A stretch of DNA of 58,179 bases, counting the filler, from Nemertoderma westbladi (lineage: Eukaryota; Animalia; Xenacoelomorpha): NCBI GenBank assembly GCA_032718475.1. It is 2 parts of 2 records of this genome, joined end to end, with 100 filler letters (N's around TTAATTAATTAA, not from the genome) between each part and the next. Parts side by side here need not be neighbours in the genome. Positions count along the whole stretch, not along the records: positions 1 to 26,868 come from JAUCBJ010001815.1; 1 more part is not named here. One strand, 5' to 3'. The translations under genes and the position numbers were made by a program. Numbering within the stretch: the stretch's first letter is position 1; each line of letters opens with the position of its first letter. The notes under the pieces are model-generated. The model was given only the letters and a program-made list of their open reading frames with translations, was not told where the DNA came from and ran no database searches. This document shows positions 12,346-25,209 of the stretch, one piece after another.

Positions 12346-13541
12346 TATTATTATTATTATTTAACAGTGAAATATTAATTAAAATAAAGACACCGGAGAA
12401 AAACAAACCAGGTACACTTACGGTAAACCAGGTACACTTACGGTAGGTTATATAGAGCATACAAATTTGCAACAGTTTAAAATAAATCTAAAATAGTTCA
12501 AAATATCTACAAAGTTTTAAAATAGTTTAAAATAAATCTAAAATAGTTCAAAATATCTAAAAATTTATAAAATAGTTTACAATAAAAATAACGTATTAGC
12601 AGATAAAATTCGACATTTAGTACATAAAACCCACTTAAAAAAAATACATGAAGGACAGACAACAATAACTGGTTATATTATTATTAAAACATATTTATCA
12701 CATAGCTCGGTTAAAATAACAAAAAGAAAGTAGATTCAGGCCTTTAACTTTATTAGAGAAAATGCTTTTAGACAATGAGTTAACAATCTCAGCAGGGAGC
12801 CAGTTCCAAATAGGAACAACTCTGTACGCAAATATATTTTTACACATTAACAGTCGAGACTGTCGGTGGTGCAACTTGCGGTCATGTCCTCTCAACCCAG
12901 CCCTAGGAGCCAAGCTGAAGAAGTCAGAAGTATTTAAGTCAACGTCGTTATGATATATAGCAAAGGTCATCTTCAGGTCATAGATTATTCGTCGGACTTC
13001 TAATGGTTGCAACTGTCTGACTGTAGGTCAGTAAGGCGATCTAAATAACTTAACGAACAATCTAAATTACAACGTTTAAAAAGGCGGCGTGTAAAATATC
13101 GCTGGACACGCTCAATTAAATCTATACTTCCTAAATGATACGGAGACCACACTGATGTACAGTATTCTAACAAGGGTCGCACATAAGATTTGTAAGCTAT
13201 AATTAATGCACTACGGTTGTTGGTGTGAAAGCACTTAAATATAAGGTTGATCATTTTGAAAGCCTTTGCAGATTGTTCACGACAATAGGTATCAAAATAA
13301 GGTTACTGCACATTGTAATACCGAGGTCCCTACAAGATGTTTCTACATTTAATAACTTCCCCCCTAACATATATTGACAATCAGTGCGGTCTGCCGAGCC
13401 GATGTGAAGCATGCTGCATTTATGTGCTGCAATTATGCAGTTGCCAGGTGGCAGACCACATTTCCAAATCTAATAAGGCTTTGTTAAGTAGGCCTATTAA
13501 TCTATCTGAAGTCTGTGCATATAGCTTTACATCGTCGGCAA
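12346..13541 (-). mobile_element. 5'-truncated CR1-clade LINE
   Basis: ADDVKLY RT motif, YKSYVRPLLEYCTSVWSP, IERVQR, LRGH..KL, FAYRVVPIWNWLP, (AAT)n tail. TSD TGTTAT (12340-12345, 13542-13547) is confirmed by the empty site in copy B. Confidence 0.9.
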
Positions 13542-15257
13542 TGTTATCGGACCAGCCTCCGAAAAATGTTAGGCTAACGGCACCTCGCTCTGTCGCATCA
13601 GTTTTTGTAGTGGTCTAGTTCCAGGCTACCAGAATCCGTTAGGCCTAGTGCATGATATAGAATCAGCACATCCTGACATCTGTGCAACTCCTGAACTCAC
13701 TCGAGCATTTTACAGATGGTGGTCTAATTTATATGGTCTTGTACCGCGAAACCGTGTATTATTTACAGATGTAGGCTAAATTTCGGGTCTTGTACCGTGC
13801 ACAGTACTGGTGGGCCTACACAGCTACTGCTATTTTGCCTAATACAGGCCCCAGAGGTAAATCCTTACCCCACAGGCTGTTACCTCTCTGACTGACAGCG
13901 CAACAGCCCTCTCTCGACTTGGAGGTGTCAGTGTAGGTTGCGGGGCCGGGGAGGTATCAGTGTAGTTGGTAGGTAGCGGGTTCAGATTGTTAAATACATA
14001 AACTTTAAACTTTTTAAATTTCCCGCTCAATTTTAATCGTTTGTTCAATGTAAATAGGTGATTGGTGTTGTTTTATGTGTGCATTTTTGAAAGTTTTTAA
14101 TATTCTGTAATTAAACAAGACTTGTAAGAGTGGAAAAAAAACAGTAGTGGAATAATCAACTACTGTATCATATTTTCTGTCACAAAAGGTCTCAATGTAT
14201 TACACAAAAATCACAACCAGTAGATTTTTGCGATATTTATGTGTTATGACGCTTGAAAGTCGCAAGTGAATCGCATGTGAGTTTTATGCGACTGAACGCA
14301 AGTTGTTGTGATTTTTAAACGACTTATACGCAAGTTGTTGCGATATTTATGTGACATAACTCAAGTAGATCGCTTGCGTAAAGGTCGGGCCATAACTCTT
14401 GGGAATCACATGAGATACGCCTGCGTTGCACACTTGCGATACGCTTGCGCACTTTCCACTGGGGGATTCCTATGGAGAATAATCCGTATGTGATTTTAGA
14501 GATTAGGCATTGCGGACCAGTGAGAAGTGCACAACACACATGCAGACTGAAGACAGGTAGGCCTACTTAAAGCTAAGTGCTGAAGTGATTTAAAGAGTGT
14601 GTATCAACCACCAAGATCGAAGTTTGAAGTTTTTTATTACCGGTACGCCAAAACACTATAGAAACAATAATAGAGACGCAAATAGAAACAAATTATATCT
14701 TCTTAAACTAAACAAACATGACTCGACTATGTAGGAGGTCACAAGTATAATATATTCACTAAGTATACAATTATTACAATTCACCAATAAAATAAAATAA
14801 TGAATGGGAGGATATGATGACACCAAATATTTTAGAATCGATTTCGAACGCAAACACATACATTAAAATACGAACACAAATGCATTAAGTAAAGGTAAAA
14901 CATACTGTATAAGATTACATTCTAATTAAAACTTTGATATGTTCAATAAAACATGGCAGTGGTTGATTACATTATAAAAAGTGCTGGATTATAATTAACT
15001 AAAATTGAAATTAAAATTCGCCTCCCGCCTTCTTTATAATAAAATTGTTATTATTTTAATAAGTGTAGTAAGAACAAATTACTGTACATATACAACGGAG
15101 AAGCAGGCCATATATTAAAAAGAAATATAAAATATAGTTTGTCTGATACGCTTTGCAACGTAAATTTGAGTGAGGTGGCGCTTGAGGATTCCCTCATGAG
15201 GTAAAACCTCGTTTCCATGAGGGTCCTCGGGCTGTCGGGGAATAATGCAAGAATAGA

Positions 15258-15545
15258 CAATATTTAAAATTCTAACTGATAAATATACAATATTTAAAAT
15301 TATAACTAAAATGGACAATATTTAAAATCATAACTAAGACAGAGAATCTTTAAAGATTCTTTATTCTTTTTTTTATTAATTTCGGTTTTTATTTTATTTA
15401 ATTGTCTACAGTAATAATTTCAATGATTTTCTATTTTAGTTATAATCATAAATATTGTATATTTTAGTGATAATTTTAAATATTGTCAATTTTATTTATA
15501 GTTTTAAAGATTCTCTGTCTTAGTTATGATTTTAAATGTTCTCAA
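15258..15545. repeat. AT-rich foldback/MITE-like inverted repeat upstream of Aurora
   Basis: ATTTAAAATCATAACTAAGACAGAGAATCTTTAAA (~15320) is mirrored at ~15503-15537, with shorter ACAATATTTAAAAT subrepeats. Confidence 0.6.
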
Positions 15546-15812
15546 TTTTATTTTATTTATCGTTCAATTTAGGCCTACTTTCTTAGGGCCTATTTTATTG
15601 TGCATTACGGTAATCGAAATCAAAAACAAACGTCTGGCTATTCACTATTTCGAGATTTAGGCTAATCAGCTAATTGAAGATAGATAATAGAAGAAATATA
15701 AATAAGCCAATAGTGACAGTCTGACACTGCTCTGCTTCTGCAGTGATAGCTGGGCAGTCTGACAGTAACGGTACCGGTACCCCAGTACCCTAAATACTGA
15801 AATAAGTGAATT

Positions 15813-17552
15813 ATGTCTGAGTCGAAGGTTCAACTTCCTTCCTCTGAGGTCTCCTCGAATATTGGCCAACCGCAACACAGCGGCCAGACATCCAAAGACA
15901 GCAGATGGAGCCTAGAGGACTTCGATATCGGAAAACCGCTGGGAAAAGGTAAATTTGGAAACGTATACTTAGCTAGAGAGAAGCGCCACAAATTCATAGT
16001 CGCGCTAAAAGTTATATTTAAAAGCCAGTTGGCCAAGTCCGGTGTTGAACATCAATTGAGACGGGAGATTGAAATCCAAGCGCATTTGCGACACGAAAAC
16101 ATTCTGAGGTTGTACGGATATTTCTACGACGAGAAACGTGTTTATTTAATCCTAGAATACGCGCCTAAAGGTGAGTTATATAAACACCTGAGTAGCCAAC
16201 CCTTGAAACGGTTGGATGAGGCTTACTCCGCCACTCTGCTGCTACAAGTAATTTCCGCTCTAAAATATTGCCACGATAATAAAGTTATCCATCGGGACAT
16301 AAAACCCGAGAATCTTCTCCTCGGGATCTACGGGGATATAAAGATAGCGGATTTCGGTTGGAGCGTCCACGCTCCGTCGTCCTCCCGTCGAACTCTCTGC
16401 GGAACGTTGGATTATCTTCCGCCCGAGATGATTGCCAACGAAGATCACGACGAGAAGGTGGATCTCTGGTGCATCGGGATCCTGTGCTTCGAGTTCATCG
16501 TCGGTAAACCCCCGTTCGAGGCGTCGGATTCGGACGGAACGTACAGTCGAATCCTCCGGGTGGATCTCCGCTTCCCGTCGTTCGTATCCGAAGGAGCCAA
16601 GGATCTCATCCGCGGGCTGCTAAGGCGGAGACCCAAAGATAGAATCACGTTGGAGGAAGCCGCCAGGCATCCGTGGATAGTGGCAAACGCGACCCCGATA
16701 GCGCAGATGAGAGAGCAAACACTCGCCAAGTCCCAACAAGAACAGCCAGCAACCAGGGTTCAACAACTGCAGGCTCCGCAGCCAGTGACCAATACGCAAC
16801 AGCAAACAGCCAAGGTTCAACAACCGCAGGCACCACAGCCAGTGAAAAATACGCAGCAGCCAACAGCCAAGGTGATCATGGCTCAACAGCCACATCAATC
16901 AGTGACCATGGCCCAACAGCCACATCAACCAGTAACCATGGCCCAACAGCCACATCAACCAGTGACCATGGCCCAACAGCCACATCAACCAGTGACCATG
17001 GCCCAACAGCCACATCAACCAGTGACCATGGCCAAACAGCCACATCAACCAGTGACCATGGCCAAACAGCCACATCAACCAGTGACCATGGCCCAACAGC
17101 CACATCAATCAGTGACCATGGCCCAACAGCCACATCAACCAGTGACCATGGCCCAACAGCCACATCAACCAGTGACCATGGCCCAACAGCCACATCAACC
17201 AGTGACCATGGCCCAACAGCCACATCAACCAGTGACCATGGCTAAACAGCCACATCAACCAGTGACCATGGCCAAACAGCCACATCAACCAGTGACCATG
17301 GCCCAACAGCGACATCAACCAGTGACCATGGCCCAACGGCCACATCAACCAGTGACCATGGCCCAACAGCCACATCAACCAGTGACCAAGTTCCATCAGT
17401 CGCATCAGCCAGCAGCTAGGGGTCAACAGCCACATCAACCCGTTACCATGGTCAAACAGCGACCAGTGGTCAGAGCTCAACAACCAATGGCCCGGGCCCA
17501 ACCACAACAATCCGTTTATAGGCCCCAACAAACATCTACAACGCAAAGGTGA
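15813..17552 (+). CDS. AURKA: Aurora kinase (Aurora A-like), intronless, with long Q/P/H repeat C-terminus
   Basis: [58 protein letters not shown] carries the Gly typical of Aurora A (Asn in Aurora B). The A versus B assignment is tentative. Confidence 0.93.
   Translation: MSESKVQLPSSEVSSNIGQPQHSGQTSKDSRWSLEDFDIGKPLGKGKFGNVYLAREKRHKFIVALKVIFKSQLAKSGVEHQLRREIEIQAHLRHENILRLYGYFYDEKRVYLILEYAPKGELYKHLSSQPLKRLDEAYSATLLLQVISALKYCHDNKVIHRDIKPENLLLGIYGDIKIADFGWSVHAPSSSRRTLCGTLDYLPPEMIANEDHDEKVDLWCIGILCFEFIVGKPPFEASDSDGTYSRILRVDLRFPSFVSEGAKDLIRGLLRRRPKDRITLEEAARHPWIVANATPIAQMREQTLAKSQQEQPATRVQQLQAPQPVTNTQQQTAKVQQPQAPQPVKNTQQPTAKVIMAQQPHQSVTMAQQPHQPVTMAQQPHQPVTMAQQPHQPVTMAQQPHQPVTMAKQPHQPVTMAKQPHQPVTMAQQPHQSVTMAQQPHQPVTMAQQPHQPVTMAQQPHQPVTMAQQPHQPVTMAKQPHQPVTMAKQPHQPVTMAQQRHQPVTMAQRPHQPVTMAQQPHQPVTKFHQSHQPAARGQQPHQPVTMVKQRPVVRAQQPMARAQPQQSVYRPQQTSTTQR
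16878..17447 (+). repeat. Coding 30-bp tandem repeat ([10 protein letters not shown]) x17 plus degenerate units
   Basis: In-frame array within the Aurora ORF. Confidence 0.95.
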
Positions 17553-19242
17553 CTTTGATATTCCAATTTATTTCATCGTTGATATTCTATACTAAACAGA
17601 TGCAGTTTAAAGGTACATCCTTCCTTTGCTACCAAATTAGTGGCGGGATAGGATTGGTCTGCCAGAGTTTAATTTCAATATTGTTTTTGTTTATTTCCCA
17701 TTTTCAAACATAAATAAACAAAAATACCAAAATATGGCCTATTTACTTTGCCCATTCGTATTGTAATATACTACTTTACTTACCCCACGTTTCACTTGGA
17801 ATATTTTATCTTAAATTAATCCTCAATTTACCCACTTTTTTTCAATGTCCCGACATTTTACCGGATACGTTAAAATTTAGATTTTCGCTTCCAATCCTTT
17901 TTTACAAGCTTTTGATAACATGCAGATCAGCTATCGAAATTCCCTCTTCTTATTTCTCAATAAAGTTCAGAGATCGATATTGGTACGAAACAAACCTGCG
18001 AACAAACGGCAAATAATAGCTGCGGTGCGACTATTGGTAATTTACCGAGTAACAAGTTTATCAAAAACTTATGTAGCAAAACTAACTCACACACTAAAAA
18101 GTCGGGGATTGAATGGGGAGACTGGCTGTCTAGAAAGTCGGGCGATCTAATTTAGATTTGCAGAAAATTTATGGGGGAGGGGGGGGGGGGGGGGGGAACC
18201 TGAATTAAAACACACGATGTAATAGATAATGTTTAGTTGATTTAATAGTAAGGGATTTAAATGATATGATATTTAAGTTAAACTCTGAATGTATACTGTA
18301 CAAGAAAACCCTGCCAACTAGTAATAGCAGGTGCTACCCACCTGACACATTGTTTTTTATCACTCAATGGAATACCATTGAGCCTGACTTCGACTTATGA
18401 CGTTTGGTAATTGATATATAATTTTGAATTTCTACTGTTTTAGCTAATGATTAATGTGTATTTTTTTTAATATCCATAATTTACTTTATTAAACCGTTCT
18501 GTATTTTTCTTCAGTAGGACTTAATAATAAATTTAATTACTATTAGAATAATTTAATTAATTAATATTATATATGCATATCAACGCAACCGTAACATACA
18601 TCCATACTGTACTAGTACAGGTACAACTCTAGTGCAATACTTACTAATTAGAGCGCGCGCTCTAATTTATTGTGAATTTTAGACGACGGAATACGACCCG
18701 GTACTTACAGAACCGCAATATATCTAGGCCACATACACATTAATACTCGAAATCTACAGTATTAAATTATAATAAATACAATTTTAGTTGCCCGAAAGAT
18801 ATTATGACATCGACAACTATATCGATTTATTGTATCGTATACATCCCCTTGTTGTTGTTAGTATAAATTTAATTTTTAGGGATGTGTATTTGGTACATTG
18901 TGCTTATTTAGATCTTGCAGTGACAGATTACATTACCGGTACGTATCTACTTTGCTATAATCATATTGAACCAAACTATATCCATCTATGCAAATGTAAT
19001 TTTAGTAATGTTGTCATGTGTTTATTTATTTTTGTGTTGAATAGAGGATTTTAGTGTCTAAAAGGCCCGTCCATTTGTCATAGGACTTATATGATTTACA
19101 TTTATTAAAATTCGCGAAATTAAACTATTATGTAATCGATAGAAAGACATATTCAATTCACCGCCGCCGGCAAATATGGCCGACTTCATTGCGTACTACA
19201 ATTCCCTGGAGTATCATTTTACCTCAAAACTGTCAAAAGCCA

Positions 19243-19542
19243 CCGGTTTAGGCCCGTTTTCATATAGGCCAAGCCGGTTTAGGCCCGTTTTCATATAGGC
19301 CAAGCCGGTTTAGGCCCGTTTTCATATAGGCCAACCCGGTTTAGGCCCGTTTTCATATAGGCCAAGCCGGTTTAGGCCCGTTATCGTATAGGCCAACCCG
19401 GTTTAGGCCCGTTTTCATATAGGCCAAGCCGGTTTAGGCCCGTTATCGTATAGGCCAACCCGGTTTAGGCCCGTTTTCATATAGGCCAAGCCGGTTTAGG
19501 CCCGTTTTCATATAGGCCAAGCCGGTTTAGGCCCGTTTTCAT
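19243..19542. repeat. 31-bp minisatellite (CCGGTTTAGGCCCGTTTTCATATAGGCCAAG), ~9.5 copies
   Basis: Visible tandem array. Confidence 0.95.
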
Positions 19543-20197
19543 GCTCATTTTCATCCGATGCTCCAAAAAATCTGACCGTAACACTTTCAATTATCTTTCC
19601 TTAGCAACATGTATGTTACATAGAAACAAAGGTAACTATTGGCGAGATTTTTCCCAAATTTTGTGAAAAACAAACTTTAGCTTGAATGACTATCGATTGA
19701 CTGAACTATGTACTTCTACGTAGTTAACAATTTAGTTTCCATAGCAAAGGTAATACAGTATGTCTAATCATTTAATAAGTTTGATTTTTTGCTGACATTA
19801 TAAGAAGCTATTAACGCTAATTCTCGAACAAATCTCAGTCCAAAAATATTGACTCATTTTGTTATTAAATTATCGTGGTTTTTAAACTAAAACAAATAAA
19901 TAAATTACACCTAAATTCAATACAATAATCCCAATTGTATTGTATAAAATCCAATTCCCGCTATCATTAGTGTAAATTATTGAATTCCCTCGCAGCGGAA
20001 TAGAATAATTTTTTCTATCAGTCAGGTTACCTTAATATGTTGGGCAATTTTTTATATATTAAAAATTGTATGCGAGTTCTAGTTACCGAGACCGCAATTA
20101 ATGTGCGACACCAACTGGAAATCTGGTAGCCCATTTTTGTTACAGTGATAAATTAATATTATAGTATATATTATGATAAATATAAAAAATACAAAAA

Positions 20198-20305
20198 TCG
20201 GACGTTCGAATTTAGCCAACCCCCACCCCCCCCCCCCTGTCCGAAGATGTCCGGATTTCGAAGACCCCATCCTGACCGCGGACGGCCTTTATGGATGCCC
20301 CCTTA
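20198..20305 (-). mobile_element. Single terminus of a MITE/DNA transposon (Zator/Harbinger-like end)
   Basis: Minus strand reads TAAGGGGGCATCCATAAAGGCCGTCCGC..GGGGGG..CGTCCG, a common invertebrate MITE end style. Partner end not found. Confidence 0.4.
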
Positions 20306-21340
20306 TACAATTGATTAAATTATTCTGGAACATACCACTAATTTCTTTACAATTTCCAGCAATAAATATAATTAATGTTGACACTACAAATATTTTTTGG
20401 GATTCTATCCCGGCCCGTGTGAAGTATACCAAACTTGATGTTGCCTCTTCTCTCTTTTTACTTTTGTCACAATTTTTTCGCTAAACCACTCCACAAATTT
20501 TAACCGCTGATTTTCCACAAAAAAATGTAGAAAAAGTAGTCAAGTAATTGTTAACACTTTTCGCGATCAACAATTTATTTCCATCACTATAAGTGCAATT
20601 ATCAGGAATTTACCTTGACTCTGGAATATTTGTTTATTTTTTAATTGACCTGCGACCAAGATCTTATATTTCTGCTTATAAACCCATTTGTTTTTATCGT
20701 GTATTCAGTACTATAAGCTTCACTTTTTAAAAATATTTTGGTTACATATTTTATGCTTGAGAACTTAGTCCTCTTCTTTGTTTCATATTTGGGCACATGA
20801 TTATTATTTATATATTTTTTATAAATTGTCTTATTAATCCTGTCATTATTGTAACACTAAATACTATGGTGTGAATAAATAATGTTGTGTTGTTGCTAGG
20901 CTTGCTACAGGTTACGTATTCGTACTGGTACGCGGTAGGTTACAGTAACATTGGCTTATTTACGAATTTGGCAGTATTGTTTGCCCCATTATCATTATTG
21001 AACTTAAATACAATTATTTAATAATGGCTTTGTTTTTTCATAAAGTTACCAATTTCCATTGGCCGGTTGGAGGTGGGTGGCGGTAGGTTACTAAATTCAC
21101 ATTCGGTTGCTATTATAATTGTAAACTTTTTATTTATTATGTGTTGTTTACAGCCTACAGCTGGTACTCCGCACCTACAGCACACACTCCGAAAACGCTT
21201 TGAGTCCAACCGACTAATTTCGCAAGCTTTTACTTGTAGATCTAAATAGCCCAAGGTGTTCTAGAACGCGTATATTTACTTATACTTGGGTATATTTACT
21301 ACACCATGTCCTGGAATATAGTATCGTTATTCAGGTACAC

Positions 21341-21376
<36 letters not shown>

Positions 21377-21716
21377 TTTTCTACAAATCTTAATGAGATT
21401 GCATGAAATTTGAATCGGAGATAGTTTCACCTCCCTCCTCCTTGCTGGGTGAGCCAGAATTTTTATTTTTGTTTTCATTCTTTAGTTAGAAGCGTTTGAA
21501 AACGTGTCTCCGTCGATATTGCGCCAGTTACAGCACAGTTATTCGTTCAACCTTAGAGTTATTTGTTGGTATTTATGGAAAGCTGGTCGTGCAGGGATTC
21601 CAAATATATAAAAACATTTGAATTTGGTTGGGAAATAGCTGAGATATGGGCATTCCAAAGTTGCATGTATTTACTTCCGCTGCAGGCCATTTATTCTATT
21701 TAATAAATGCCACCAA

Positions 21717-24165
21717 AGTACCACCATCCCCGCCCCCTCCTACACTCCAACCTCTTGAACTGACCGCGGATCTGTTGCGTATTGTTTCTTCTAGTTCCGC
21801 CATCCCCGCCCCCCTCCTACACTCCAACGTCTTGAACTGACCGCGGATCTGTTGCGTATTGTTTCTCCTAGTACCACCATCCCCGCCCCCTCCTACACTC
21901 CAACCTCTTGAACTGATCGCGGATCTGTTACGTATTGTTTATCCTAGTACCACCATCCCCGCCCCCTCCTACACTCCAACCTCTTGAACTGATCGCGGAT
22001 CTGTTACGTATTGTTTCTCCTAGTACCACCATCCCCGCCCCCTCCTACACTCCAACCTCTTGAACTGATCGCGGATCTGTTACGTATTGTTTATCCTAGT
22101 ACCACCATCCCCGCCCCCTCCTACACTCCAACCTCTTGAACTGACCGCGGATCTGTTGCGTATTGTTTCTCCTAGTACCACCATCCCCGCCCCCTCCTAC
22201 ACTCCAACCTCTTGAACTGATCGCGGGATCTGTTACGTATTGTTTATCCTAGTACCACCATCCCCGCCCCCTCCTACACTCCAACCTCTTGAACTGATCG
22301 CGGGATCTGTTACGTATTGTTTATCCTAGTACCACCATCCCCGCCACCTCCTACACTCCAACCTCTTGAACTGTCCGCGGATCTGTTGCGTATTGTTTCT
22401 CCTAGTACCACCATCCCCGCCCCCTCCTACACTCCAACCTCTTGAACTGACCGCGGATCTGTTGCGTATTGTTCCTCTTGAACTGACCGCGGATCTGTTG
22501 CGTATTGTTTCTCCTAGTACCACCATCCCCGCCCCTTCCTACACCCCAACCTCTTGAACTGACCGAGGATCTGTTGCGTATTGTTTCTCCTAGTACCACC
22601 ATCCCCGCCCCCTCCTACACTCCAACCTCTTGAACTGACCGCGGATCTGTTGCGTATTGTTCCTCTTGAACTGACCGCGGATCTGTTGCATATTGTTTCT
22701 CCTAGTACCACCATCCCCGCCCCCTCCTACACTCCAACCTCTTGAACTGACCGAGGATCTGTTGCGTATTGTTTATCCTAGTACCACCATCCCCGCCCCC
22801 TCCTACACTCCAACCTCTTGAACTGACCGCGGATCTGTTGCGTATTGTTCCTCTTGAACTGACCGCGGATCTGTTGCGTATTGTTTATCCTAGTACCACC
22901 ATCCCCGCCCCTTCCTACACCCCAACCTCTTGAACTGACCGAGGATCTGTTGCGTATTGTTTATCCTAGTACCACCATCCCCGCCCCCTTCTACACTCCA
23001 ACCTCTTGAACTGATCGCGGATCTGTTACGTATTGTTTCTCCTAGTACCACCATCCCCGCCCCCTCCTACACTCCAACCTCTTGAACTGACCGCGGATCT
23101 GTTGCGTATTGTTCCTCTTGAACTGACCGCGGATCTGTTGCGTATTGTTTCTCCTAGTACCACCATCCCCGCCCCTTCCTACACCCCAACCTCTTGAACT
23201 GACCGAGGATCTGTTGCGTATTGTTTATCCTAGTACCACCATCCCCGCCCCCTTCTACACTCCAACCTCTTGAACTGATCGCGGATCTGTTACGTATTGT
23301 TTATCCTAGTACCACCATCCCCGCCCCCTCCTACACTCCAACCTCTTGAACTGACCGCGGATCTGTTGCGTATTGTTTCTACTAGTACCACCATCCCCGC
23401 CCCCTCCTACACTCCAACCTCTTGAACTGATCGCGGATCTGTTACGTATTGTTTATCCTAGTACCACCATCCCCGCCCCCTCCTACACTCCAACCTCTTG
23501 AACTGACCGCGGATCTGTTGCGTATTGTTTCTCCTAGTACCACCATCCCCGCCCCCTCCTACACTCCACCTCTTGAACTGACCGCGGATCTGTTGCGTAT
23601 TGTTTCTCCTAGTACCACCATCCCCGCCCCCTCCTACACTCCAACCTCTTGAACTGACCGCGGATCTGTTGCGTATTGTTTCTCCTACTACCACCATCCC
23701 CGCCCCCTCCTACACTCCAACCTCTTGAACTGACCGCGGATCTGTTGCGTATTGTTTCTCTTGAACTGACCGCGGATCTGTTGCGTATTGTTTCTCCTAG
23801 TACCACCATCCCCGCCCCCTCCTACACTCCAACCTCTTGAACTGACCGCGGATCTGTTGCGTATTGTTTCTCCTAGTACCACCATCCCCGCCCCCTCCTA
23901 CACTCCAACCTCTTGAACTGACCGCGGATCTGTTGCGTATTGTTTCTCCTAGTACCACCATCCCCGCCCCCTCCTACACTCCAACCTCTTGAACTGACCG
24001 CGGATCTGTTGCGTATTGTTTCTCTTGAACTGACCGCGGATCTGTTGCGTATTGTTTCTCCTAGTACCACCATCCCCGCCCCCTCCTACACTCCAACCTC
24101 TTGAACTGTCCGCGGATCTGTTGCGTATTGTTTCTCCTAGTACCACCATCCCCGCCCCCTCCCCT
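21717..24165. repeat. 76-bp satellite with recurrent 36-bp internal sub-duplications, ~30 units
   Basis: Unit TAGTACCACCATCCCCGCCCCCTCCTACACTCCAACCTCTTGAACTGACCGCGGATCTGTTGCGTATTGTTTCTCC. Confidence 0.95.
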
Positions 24166-25209
24166 AGTTCCCACATTGTTATACATTTCGATATCAGAAA
24201 GCGAAACATTTCAATATTATAACATCGTTGCCAAATACATTTTACCTTACACACTTACAATATAATTATAATACTTTTAAATAATTAATAAATATCACAT
24301 AAATGGAGCTACATAAACATGGTAACTACTTTATATAAAATCAATTGGATACCAAAACCATTAAAAACCAAACCAATAAACAACATGTTAAATAAATATA
24401 AATGAATAATATGCACAAATGTACGTCTCCAGATTTTCTAAATTTCAGTAAGTCCCAGAAAAGGTTTCGTGATGACCCAATAAATATAGGCCGAAGTGTG
24501 TGCAGAAATAAAAAGCACAAAAAAGTTATTATTATGGATTACGTAGCAATATCGGGATTGCAGAAAAGGTCGTATCGTCATTGGATGTTTGAGATTTGAC
24601 GTCACACTGACCTGAATGTTTGTGTTTCATACGGACATTGAAATTTAACCATTCAAAAACACACAATATAAATGTAAATTTCAGATATTGTTTATATCAT
24701 TAGGAAACTGGGTATCTCTTAATATCTCGTCTCCAAATAAATTAGGTTGAGTAAAATTTGATTCCTTTTCATAAATAGTAATTATTCCACAAGATTACTT
24801 TTTAACGGATTTAACAATTAAAACCAAAGTTACAGGAATACATATTGGACTTATTTCTACAAAATACGTAGAAGCAAGGGGAAAAATGGACCCTCAGCCA
24901 ATTCTACTAGGATTACTGTTTATCGGAGGGAGGGGGGGGGGGGGGGGGGTATGTTTTCGGTTAAAAATCAATTTTATGGAATAAAATAGCTTTTTTCCTC
25001 TAACGACCCTTTGTTGAACCAGGGGGTCACAGCTGGTAAAAACATTTACTTTCTAGGAAATATATAGTTAATTTTACTTAAATTAAATATCATGAGAATG
25101 CCTGTTTCCACCATCCCAAATACCAAAGGAAATCCATTTAAAATGTAACTTGTGATGTTGTCTGTCTGTCGGCTGACCAGAATGTTTAGTAAATAAAACA
25201 CCGCAAACA

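Larger units (their letters stand above)
10037..13915. mobile_element. Non-autonomous TIR DNA transposon, copy A (MULE-like, family uncertain)
   Basis: ~55-bp TIRs GGGCTGTTGCGCTGTCAGTCAGAGAGGTAAC..GGGGTAAGGATTTACC at both ends. 8-bp TSD GACTTGGA at 10029-10036 and 13916-13923. A second copy lies at 37131-52351. Confidence 0.8.

Noticed and set aside
14200-14463. Possible CACTA-like right end (..TTTCCACTGGG) with CGCAAG subterminal repeats
   Set aside because: No matching left TIR or TSD was found, so it is too weak to call.
16620-17546. Alternative-frame and antisense ORFs over the Aurora tail
   Set aside because: By-products of a stop-free 30-bp repeat.
21717-24165. CRISPR-like appearance and many short ORFs in the 76-bp array (similarly the 29- and 34-bp arrays)
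   Set aside because: There are no unique spacers or cas genes and the context is eukaryotic. The ORFs are repeat translations.
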